Shown one piece after another: positions 7,740-13,882 of a stretch of 39,931 nucleotides of DNA (its first letter is position 1; each line of letters opens with the position of its first letter). The notes beneath the pieces were generated by a model. The model had not been told where the DNA came from and did no database searches. It worked only from the letters and a program-made list of their open reading frames with translations. The translations under genes and the position numbers were made by a program. This DNA comes from Acidobacteriota bacterium (GTDB taxonomy: Bacteria > Acidobacteriota > UBA6911 > RPQK01 > JADFOI01). The DNA lies in contig JAUXKG010000001.1 of NCBI GenBank assembly GCA_030624355.1, positions 1 through 39,931 on the forward strand, given 5' to 3'.

Positions 7740-7981
7740 AAGTCACAACTGTATTCCGATTTCCAAATGGAATGGTTGCTGTTATGGATGAACACGGCCA
7801 ACAGATTTCTGAATTGCAAGGGAGGTTCGAGGACGTCAAAGAGAAAGTTGAAGCGGCAGCGGACGACCAAACAGAATGGAATGGATGGGACGTTACTCTG
7901 GTAGTGCCTCTACACGATGTGGACAAACTCGTCGAACAGGCAAAGAAATTGAGCGACGAACATACAAGAGCGGATAAATGA
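7736..7981 (+). CDS. Hypothetical acidic protein (81 aa)
   Basis: Listed ORF, coupled to its neighbours by ATGA overlaps. Confidence 0.55.
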   Translation: MKVTTVFRFPNGMVAVMDEHGQQISELQGRFEDVKEKVEAAADDQTEWNGWDVTLVVPLHDVDKLVEQAKKLSDEHTRADK

Positions 7982-8118
7982 TCGAAATAGTCCACAGTCT
8001 AACACTGTTTCTGGTGGTGGTTGTTCAGCTCTATCAGCTACGATCATTCCGAATTCTGGACAACAGATTGAGAGAAATTGAATTGAAAGAACTTGACCGA
8101 CTGAAAGGGAGAAAGTGA
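7978..8118 (+). CDS. Micro-ORF encoding a 46-aa protein with N-terminal hydrophobic segment (not in ORF track)
   Basis: ATGA overlap at 7978-7981. Translation is MIEIVHSLTLFLVVVVQLYQLRSFRILDNRLREIELKELDRLKGRK. Its TGA (8116-8118) overlaps the next ATG (8118). Confidence 0.4.
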   Translation: MIEIVHSLTLFLVVVVQLYQLRSFRILDNRLREIELKELDRLKGRK

Positions 8119-8510
8119 TGCTCGACAAGTTCCTCGACGAGCACCGGAATACAATTCTCGGCGCAGTCTACCAGACTCTGGTAGACCGGCAGGTTCACTA
8201 CGTCGGACTGGACTACCCTGGCGGCGGGCAATTGGGGTTCTCTGTCTTGCCATGGGACGAGAAGTCCGAACGGCTGGACACTGAAGAACTACTCCTCGCC
8301 TACTTGTCGGGCAAAGGTGAGGCTGAGGCATACCGCACTGGGTTCAATGAATGCCTCGAACGCGTCCGCAGGTGGGCAATTGCAACTGGGATCGATGGCC
8401 AATTGCTCAATTTCCTGGCCCACCAGGAGATTGCCGAGCTTGACCGCTTCGGCGAAGGGCTGAAAGAGAATCCAGCAGGGAGCGATGAAGACGACACGCC
8501 AAAAAATTGA
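8118..8510 (+). CDS. Hypothetical protein (130 aa)
   Basis: ATG at 8118 follows GGGAGAAAG. The listed ORF begins 3 nt earlier at a GTG. Confidence 0.55.
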   Translation: MLDKFLDEHRNTILGAVYQTLVDRQVHYVGLDYPGGGQLGFSVLPWDEKSERLDTEELLLAYLSGKGEAEAYRTGFNECLERVRRWAIATGIDGQLLNFLAHQEIAELDRFGEGLKENPAGSDEDDTPKN

Positions 8511-8697
8511 GATCGCAAAACGGTTCCGAGCAGCCAGAATCCAGCACGGGATCTCCCAACAGGACTTGGCGGATGAGCTGGAGATCCACCGAGAGACCAT
8601 ATCGTTCATTGAAAGCTCCACCAGATCCATTCGGGCAGAAGAGTTGGGGCTTTTTGCCAAGGAATTGGGGGTGACTGTGACCTGGCTGGTGGGATAG
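8485..8697 (+). CDS. XRE/Cro-CI family helix-turn-helix transcriptional regulator (70 aa)
   Basis: RFRAARIQHGISQQDLADELEIHRETISFIESSTRSIRAEELGLFAKELGV is a textbook HTH_3/XRE pattern (recall-based). It overlaps the upstream gene by 26 nt. Confidence 0.75.
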   Translation: MKTTRQKIEIAKRFRAARIQHGISQQDLADELEIHRETISFIESSTRSIRAEELGLFAKELGVTVTWLVG

Positions 8698-8726
8698 ACT
8701 GGGTGTGGCTGTAGGAAGGAGACCTT

Positions 8727-9560
8727 ATGGCTGCTTTTGATTTTACGGATCGTACTGCACAATTTGATGCCAACGAACTCAGCGGTGGCGACGATCTTCT
8801 TGATGGCTCCGGGAACGGGAACTTTCTTGATGACTTTCTCGGCGTGCCTACGGGGATTACTGGGGCCGTGGCTTCCGACGGTGGCGGGTCTCGAGGTTTG
8901 ACTTTCTCGGCAGATCGTAGCTTCCAACGAATCACGGGGCCAGCTGACCCTTGGGATCTCCGCGTAACCGGAACGCCCGGCGGACTGATAAGCTTTACGT
9001 GGACTGGGTGGTGTTGGCTCGACAACGCGGAGCAGGGCTCATTCTTTTCGATCCATGATCCGGTATTAGCAAGCGGTCAAGCTGTCCTTATCAATCCACG
9101 AGAAACCAATTCGGGTGGAACTCCGAGTCCTTGGATAGCTATGGCTGACGGCATAACGCCGTTCAATTTCCGAGCAGTCAAGCCAGACGCAGTGAACACG
9201 TTTCCCCTCATGACCTGGCAATTCGTGGCGGGCGGATGGAACAAAGTCACAAACAGAGTCTTCGGCTTCTGGGGCCGGTCGCCAGGCAATTTTACCTATG
9301 CCGAGACGGCCGGCTTTGCGGCTGGCTTCAACTACACGGTGAACGCGGATAACGTCAAGCTCGGGTTCTTCAATGGCGAGCCTGGCCAGGCACGCATGTA
9401 CATCGACCACATGCTTTACTGGAAAGATCGAGCACTGACACAGGCAGATTTAGAGCTTATTTGGGAAAACCATGTTGGAATCGATTTCAACCAACTTAGT
9501 GGCAATGGCGCAGACGAGAACGAAGATTTCATCACTGTCAAAAAGTTGCTGAGGGTATAA
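8727..9560 (+). CDS. LamG / concanavalin-A-like lectin-fold protein, paralog 1
   Basis: GGAAGGAG RBS. The C-terminal ...ARMYIDHMLYWKDRALTQADLELIW matches the LamG_3 end motif (hDhhhhW.RALs..Eh) from memory. It aligns with the next gene over about 100 aa. Confidence 0.7.
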   Translation: MAAFDFTDRTAQFDANELSGGDDLLDGSGNGNFLDDFLGVPTGITGAVASDGGGSRGLTFSADRSFQRITGPADPWDLRVTGTPGGLISFTWTGWCWLDNAEQGSFFSIHDPVLASGQAVLINPRETNSGGTPSPWIAMADGITPFNFRAVKPDAVNTFPLMTWQFVAGGWNKVTNRVFGFWGRSPGNFTYAETAGFAAGFNYTVNADNVKLGFFNGEPGQARMYIDHMLYWKDRALTQADLELIWENHVGIDFNQLSGNGADENEDFITVKKLLRV

Positions 9561-9562
9561 CA

Positions 9563-10804
9563 ATGGGCTTCCCTTACACAGACGTCAACAGTACCTACAA
9601 TGCAGAAGGTACAGGAAACCTGATCGATGGAAGAGGACTCCCTGCTCAGAAGAGTCTCATCAATGTGAACAGCGTTGCTTCAGTAAGCGATGGGATGTTC
9701 GGTCAGGCGCGCGGTCCTATCGGTGAAGCTGCTACAAGCCTTCCACATTTTGATGCTGTCGCTGACTTTGATGGCAGCCAATTCGACGTACGTGGACTTA
9801 CCTCGATATCAGTTCTAATGTGGGTGAGACTCACCGCTAACACTACAGAGACGTTCGGATGGAGTGTATGGAATGGCACCGATGCAGAGGGGCAAGCATG
9901 GGTACTGTCGCCGAACGTCATCCTCCCTGGCCCTGTTCAGGGGCCACGATTCCATATGTACGATGGGCTCGTTGATTTCGTCAACATTGGCGTTTATGCC
10001 AGGACGTCAGGTCCTGTCATTCCCATCAATGACTGGCACTTGATCGGTGGATCATGGAACGCATTGACTAACACTCTTGCCTGCTTCTTCGGTGACGGGT
10101 CGGATTCCTCCGGGAACACTACTGACTTCAACACTGTTAGTGGATTTTCTGCGGGCTTCGGGTACTCAGCCAATGCCAACAATGCTATTGGTAAATTCCG
10201 TCACGGTGGCACTACAGCTGCCCAGATGGAAGTTGACCACCTGTTATACTGGAAAGGCCGGGCATTCGATGAGGAAGACTTCCTCAACCACTGGAATTCA
10301 GGAGCCGGACTTGCATTCTCACAGTTTTCAGGAGTACAACCCATGGCCTTTTCAGCGATCAGAGAATCGATTCAACTCAGGAGCAAATCAGCAGAGATCG
10401 AGCCGTCTACTCTTGGCCTCGAGACCGTCGACCTGGAGGACGCAGCAGACGCCGAGTCCGAACTGATCGACGGGCGTGACAACTTCGTGTTCAAACTCTA
10501 TTCAGTTGTAGATAATACAGCTGCGACAGTCGGTACTTTTTCTGTCTTCTGTGACTTGTATGAGCGTGATGGGGTGACACTCCTTGAAGCAGTCGAACTC
10601 TTCAGCGCGCAGCTACCAACCAGTGACAATACAGTGGCGATACAGTTCGGCCTCGGGCTTACTGCTGCCTTGACCGGCACAGCTGTGATCGGAACGGCCA
10701 TCACTACCCTGAAGTCGATTCAACTTTTCAAGATCAGAGTTGTAAAGGATACACCAGCAGATGCTACGAGTGTACTCGACGTCCGCCTGCTTGTTGGCGA
10801 TTAG
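9563..10804 (+). CDS. LamG / concanavalin-A-like lectin-fold protein, paralog 2, with extra ~140-aa C-terminal beta-rich domain
   Basis: Starts 2 nt after the previous stop. Shares W..(V/I).G.WN..TN...F.G...GF.AGF.Y..NA.N...M..DH.LYWK.RA...D...N..G..F.Q.SG with paralog 1. Confidence 0.7.
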   Translation: MGFPYTDVNSTYNAEGTGNLIDGRGLPAQKSLINVNSVASVSDGMFGQARGPIGEAATSLPHFDAVADFDGSQFDVRGLTSISVLMWVRLTANTTETFGWSVWNGTDAEGQAWVLSPNVILPGPVQGPRFHMYDGLVDFVNIGVYARTSGPVIPINDWHLIGGSWNALTNTLACFFGDGSDSSGNTTDFNTVSGFSAGFGYSANANNAIGKFRHGGTTAAQMEVDHLLYWKGRAFDEEDFLNHWNSGAGLAFSQFSGVQPMAFSAIRESIQLRSKSAEIEPSTLGLETVDLEDAADAESELIDGRDNFVFKLYSVVDNTAATVGTFSVFCDLYERDGVTLLEAVELFSAQLPTSDNTVAIQFGLGLTAALTGTAVIGTAITTLKSIQLFKIRVVKDTPADATSVLDVRLLVGD

Positions 10805-11036
10805 CCTGCTGGCCGGCTGTTGGACCCCCGAGGAGAGAGCTGACGCTGGTGCGGGAGCCGTCGAAGGTGTGAAGGAAATGACGAAAGCTGTCGGCGATGC
10901 ACTCACTGCATGGGAGACGACCGGTATCGTCGGCGTCGTTACAGCCTTAGGTTTAGGCGTGTGGAGGGCGATCAGCAAAGGAATGGCGAGAGCCAACAGG
11001 AGGAAGTCAGATGCCGCAACATCCGGGCAAGGTTAG
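10761..11036 (+). CDS. Putative lipoprotein with C-terminal transmembrane segment (unimolecular-spanin-like architecture)
   Basis: MLRVYSTSACLLAISLLAGC has a signal peptide with lipobox LAGC. IVGVVTALGLGVWRAI is a C-terminal hydrophobic helix followed by a basic tail. Overlaps the upstream gene by 44 nt. Confidence 0.5.
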   Translation: MLRVYSTSACLLAISLLAGCWTPEERADAGAGAVEGVKEMTKAVGDALTAWETTGIVGVVTALGLGVWRAISKGMARANRRKSDAATSGQG

Positions 11037-11126
11037 AAAGAACAACCCAAAGAGGAAGAAGCCGAAGAGAAAGATACCAAAGAAACAGAGGACTGCAGGC
11101 TCAGGATATGTAGGATAGGAGGATAG

Positions 11127-11279
11127 ATGCCACCGAAAGTTATCATCAACAGGGACAAGGCCAGGACTGGCGACACCTCGAAGGCAAAGGTCGCCGGCAA
11201 GACAACCGGTAAGGGAGGACCGAAGCGTGGAAAGGGGCACATTCCAGTACTCAGCAAAATCCTTGGAGGTAAGATCTGA
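11127..11279 (+). CDS. Small basic protein (50 aa; not in ORF track)
   Basis: ATG lies 4 nt after AGGAGG (11117-11122). Translation is MPPKVIINRDKARTGDTSKAKVAGKTTGKGGPKRGKGHIPVLSKILGGKI. Its TGA overlaps the next ATG. Confidence 0.45.
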   Translation: MPPKVIINRDKARTGDTSKAKVAGKTTGKGGPKRGKGHIPVLSKILGGKI

Positions 11280-11494
11280 TGGGACAGGCAGCGAACGAAG
11301 CGAAAAGCGTACCCGCCAATTTCGGAATGAAGGATGAGTTCCGCCCGGACCTCGGAGGCGGAGGCGCTGCTGGGATGAACTCCTCAGCCAGCCGTAGTGG
11401 CGGGGACCCGCAGCGGGTGTTCCCCGGTGGCCAGGCTGACAAGATGGCTGGCCAGAGAACGGGGAGTGGCTCGAGTCAGCGCGGGCAGCCTTGA
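11279..11494 (+). CDS. Gly/Ser-rich hypothetical protein (71 aa), weak call
   Basis: Listed ORF coupled (TGATG) to the upstream small ORF. Its low-complexity composition makes coding status uncertain. Confidence 0.3.
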   Translation: MGQAANEAKSVPANFGMKDEFRPDLGGGGAAGMNSSASRSGGDPQRVFPGGQADKMAGQRTGSGSSQRGQP

Positions 11495-11519
11495 CATGCC
11501 CTTGGAAAAGTAGTATGTC
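11491..11519 (+). promoter_or_regulatory. Weak sigma70-like promoter candidate
   Basis: Perfect TTGACA at 11491-11496. The only -10 options are TAGTAT (14-nt spacer) or TATGTC (17-nt spacer), so support is weak. Confidence 0.2.
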
Positions 11520-11705
11520 GTCTCATGCCGGAGGGGGTTGATTGCTGCGAGGTACCCTACCGCTGCGGTTTGCATGAAGCCCTCGCCCGGCACATTTTCT
11601 TTCGGGTATCGTAACCAGGACCGGCCGCCGTGACCTCGGTTGTTGTCTGATCCGTTTCCGCCGAGCAGCGATCACCGGTCCTCTTTAGAATGGCCACCAG
11701 GAAAT

Positions 11706-11734
11706 CCGTGGTTCGAGTCCCGGCGCGCTGGCAA
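11706..11734 (+). other. tRNA T-arm/acceptor-like module (not a canonical tRNA)
   Basis: CCGTGG-TTCGAGT-CCCGG contains GGTTCGAGTCC, but the stem needs one bulged T. A 5' partner for the would-be acceptor strand CGCGCTG pairs only 5 of 7 (CAGCGAT at 11666-11672), and I could not draw D or anticodon arms. Confidence 0.3.
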
Positions 11735-11874
11735 CGGCGGAGTAGTGTGAATTGGCAACACGCCTGGGGTTTTCTATGGCCCTGACCCGGTCAGTGCGGG
11801 CAGTCTCGGACAAAACCCGCCGCCTGGGGAGGTTGATCGAGCACCTGTGACCAAGGGCCACTTTGAAAATCTAC

Positions 11875-12036
11875 ATGGCGATGGACGACGGCGATTACTA
11901 CGCCACTGAGGTCAGGGGAGTCTACGCAACCAAGGACTTGGCCGAATTGCACGTTGCCACGCTGTTCAGCGGATATGTCCAAGAGAAAGAAGTACTGACG
12001 GAGCTGCCAGATGAAATCGAGCGAGAACAGACGTAG
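11875..12036 (+). CDS. Hypothetical acidic protein (53 aa; not in ORF track), weak call
   Basis: ATG at 11875, stop TAG at 12034-12036. Overlaps the next gene start by 26 nt. No obvious SD. Confidence 0.3.
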   Translation: MAMDDGDYYATEVRGVYATKDLAELHVATLFSGYVQEKEVLTELPDEIEREQT

Positions 12037-12484
12037 TTTTATCTTCGGTGTCGGGGCGTTCGCCGCTGCGGTCTTCATCCCGAAGACCAAAAAGCTGATC
12101 TTCCCGATACAGGACAGCCCCCTCATCTCGCCAAACTCGTTCAATGTCCACCGCATGTGGAAGGACACGAACAGGACCGGCTCCAACACCGCGTACTTCT
12201 GGATGGGCGCGCCCAAGGGCCAGCCACTCCGGCTCTATGTGAAGCATGGCTCGCCACCCCAGCACCTGTTCGACTTCGACAGGATGGTGAGGAATGACGA
12301 ACCGGCGAGGGACTTCAGCTACCATGCTCACGATAATCTCGAACGCGATGGCATCAAGCGAGAGTATGTGTTCGCCCCCGGCATGTGGCACCCGAAGAAG
12401 AAGATGACTCCGGTCAACAAGGAAGAGTTCAAGAACACAGTCTTCGCGCTCGAGAAACACTGCGAATATGACACTGACACGTGA
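12011..12484 (+). CDS. Secreted protein with twin-arginine (Tat)-type signal peptide, function unknown
   Basis: MKSSENRRSFIFGVGAFAAAVFIP has an RR-x-F motif followed by a hydrophobic h-region. 157 aa. Confidence 0.6.
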   Translation: MKSSENRRSFIFGVGAFAAAVFIPKTKKLIFPIQDSPLISPNSFNVHRMWKDTNRTGSNTAYFWMGAPKGQPLRLYVKHGSPPQHLFDFDRMVRNDEPARDFSYHAHDNLERDGIKREYVFAPGMWHPKKKMTPVNKEEFKNTVFALEKHCEYDTDT

Positions 12485-12607
12485 GCCTGGTGGTACTCCT
12501 TTACTGTAAGAAGGGCGAAGGACGAGGCGGGTTCGATTCCTGCATGGCAAGGTCAAGCGCAAGGTCACGCATGATCAAAGATCCGGGTTCGATCCCCGGC
12601 ACGTGTC
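12476..12607 (+). other. Composite tRNA-like element: two T-arm modules enclosed by an 8-bp terminal helix
   Basis: GACACGTG (12476-12483) pairs with CACGTGTC (12600-12607). T-arm 1 is GCGGG-TTCGATT-CCTGC (12527-12543). T-arm 2 is CCGGG-TTCGATC-CCCGG (12583-12599). An anticodon-arm-like hairpin is CCTTT-ACTGTAA-GAAGG (12498-12514). Tandem 12-mers GCAAGGTCA(A/C)GC lie at 12547-12570. The element is too long, and its D-arm too poor, for a canonical tRNA. Confidence 0.35.
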
Positions 12608-12723
12608 CTCTCTACAATAATGGGTTTTTGGGGTCCAACAGGCATCACCTCCTCTCGTAAGGATTGCTTACCGATAGTTTTTTTGATTTTTTCCCGCAAC
12701 GCAGTAACGCTCCTTGAACCAGG

Positions 12724-13173
12724 CTATGAGATGCTTCTGAGCTTCTTTCCCCAGCCAGCGGGTGAATCGTCTGAGTAAAGCAACACGACGCGCACATTCG
12801 CTGGGGCTGAGGGGTTTTTTACTCGCACTCGAATGCTCAGCAATGGGGTCGAATAGGTTGAGGGCTGTCCCCCTGGGTCAAGCAGTCTGACTCGCAGATT
12901 GTATATCCCAGCCGGGATGCCAGCGAGAGCCTCTCTAACAGGAACTCGGTTCTCTCCTGTTGTCGCAACAAATGGTATCTTGACCCAGCGTTGTTGGCCT
13001 CCTCCTTCTGGAGGAGAATACTGGAACTCGACCTCTGCGACTTCAGCTCCTGGTGTTCCGTCTTCATAGTTACCACTCCAGTCAAAAGCGAACTGCTTTG
13101 TAGAATCACGACCGATATCGATTGGCGCTGGCTGGGGAGCCAACGCGAATATCATCACAAGTGGCAAGATCAT
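12724..13173 (-). CDS. Secreted beta-rich (Ig/FN3-like?) protein with N-terminal signal peptide
   Basis: MILPLVMIFALAPQPAP is a hydrophobic leader. ATGA overlap with the upstream gene. 149 aa. Confidence 0.6.
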   Translation of the reverse strand: MILPLVMIFALAPQPAPIDIGRDSTKQFAFDWSGNYEDGTPGAEVAEVEFQYSPPEGGGQQRWVKIPFVATTGENRVPVREALAGIPAGIYNLRVRLLDPGGQPSTYSTPLLSIRVRVKNPSAPANVRVVLLYSDDSPAGWGKKLRSIS

Positions 13174-13445
13174 TGGTCACCTCCGATTTGCCTTGTTTCG
13201 AGCAGAGTCGACAGACGGGTGAGCACTATAGTATTCTCGCCCACTGCCGTACGATTCTCCTTAACAGCTTCGGTACACTCACTGTGACATTTTGTAAATC
13301 TTTCAGTGATCTCCTTTGTCAGTTTGTTGTGGTCTGCCTGGTGAGTCCTCTGTGCCTTGAGAAACAACCACGCCATCACGATCACAGCAGCCGCAGCTGG
13401 TATCGTAATGACCAGCTTCATGAGAGCTTCTTCCATTGTCCGCAC
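13170..13445 (-). CDS. Membrane-anchored helical protein (N-terminal TM segment)
   Basis: LVITIPAAAAVIVMAWLFL is a TM helix, followed by a charged helical region. Start could also be Met4 or Met9. Confidence 0.55.
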   Translation of the reverse strand: MRTMEEALMKLVITIPAAAAVIVMAWLFLKAQRTHQADHNKLTKEITERFTKCHSECTEAVKENRTAVGENTIVLTRLSTLLETRQIGGDQ

Positions 13446-13518
13446 CCGGTCAGAACAGCCATGTCAATTGTACACTTTCTTCTTGCATTGTGCCCCAATC
13501 AGAAGAGACAGTTATGTC

Positions 13519-13827
13519 ATGGAAGAAGAAGTATTTGAAATAGAGTTGATCCCACCTGAGCCAGGAGATATAGAGTGGACAGCAAAGTCTTTCGGTGAAG
13601 TGGGATACGGAGACAGTGCGGCAGAAGCCTTCGAGCAGCTCGGGATCGACGATCTGGTAGAAGACGCGGAGTACTACAGAATCCATGCCCCCGGAGTTTA
13701 TGGACACCCGCCAGGTGGCCAGGTATCTGAAGGTCAGCAAGGAGACGGTCTACAACTATCGGAAAGGCAAAGGGGTGAAACGCCCGCTCCCGTTCATAAG
13801 ACTGACCCGCCGCAAGATAGTGTATGA
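13519..13827 (+). CDS. Hypothetical acidic protein, N-terminal ~55 aa HicB/UPF0150-like (tentative); 3' part overlaps the xis-like gene out of frame
   Basis: ATG at 13519 within listed ORF 13357..13827. FEIELIPPEPGDIEWTAKSFGEVGYGDSAAEAFEQL resembles the HicB-fold pattern from memory. The last ~45 aa are low-complexity and overlap 13700..13882. Confidence 0.35.
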   Translation: MEEEVFEIELIPPEPGDIEWTAKSFGEVGYGDSAAEAFEQLGIDDLVEDAEYYRIHAPGVYGHPPGGQVSEGQQGDGLQLSERQRGETPAPVHKTDPPQDSV

Positions 13828-13882
13828 TCTGATTGCGATCAGACGCTGGCTACGGAGAGAGAGTTTGAATGGAACACAGTGA
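13700..13882 (+). CDS. xis: Excisionase / MerR-type HTH_17 DNA-binding protein
   Basis: MDTRQVARYLKVSKETVYNYRKGKGVKRPLPFIRLTRRKIVYDLIAIRRWL matches the excisionase-family HTH pattern (recall-based). An alternative start lies at 13685. Confidence 0.7.
   Translation: MDTRQVARYLKVSKETVYNYRKGKGVKRPLPFIRLTRRKIVYDLIAIRRWLRRESLNGTQ

Noticed and set aside
8289-8927. 212-aa minus-strand ORF spanning three plus-strand genes, including the XRE regulator
   Set aside because: It crosses well-supported plus-strand genes with clear motifs and RBSs, and has no RBS of its own.
8727-10804. Diversity-generating retroelement targeting the LamG paralogs
   Set aside because: There is no reverse transcriptase ORF in the window, and I saw no near-identical template/variable DNA repeat pair. 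The paralogs are divergent at the DNA level.
11666-11731. Possible canonical tRNA gene around the GGTTCGAGTCC motif
   Set aside because: The acceptor pairs only 5 of 7, the T-stem needs a bulge, and I could draw no D-arm or 7-nt anticodon loop. I kept it only as a tRNA-like module.
11526-11735. Possible tmRNA (5' GGGGGTTGATTGCTG... and a 3' T-arm)
   Set aside because: I could not pair the 5' end with the sequence after the T-arm. There is no alanine-starting tag ORF ending in a hydrophobic tail, and no encoded CCA.
11791-12568. Minus-strand ORFs 11791..12216 and 11966..12568
   Set aside because: They lie opposite the Tat-signal ORF, which has a clear signal peptide. Their sequences are low-quality, and one runs through a T-arm module.
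12644-12653. ATCACCTCCT, identical to the anti-Shine-Dalgarno 3' end of 16S rRNA (its reverse complement is a perfect SD followed by ATG on the minus strand)
   Set aside because: There is no surrounding rRNA-like sequence. On the minus strand the ATG lies only 2 nt from GGAGG, and the 26-codon ORF runs into the T-arm. Probably coincidental.
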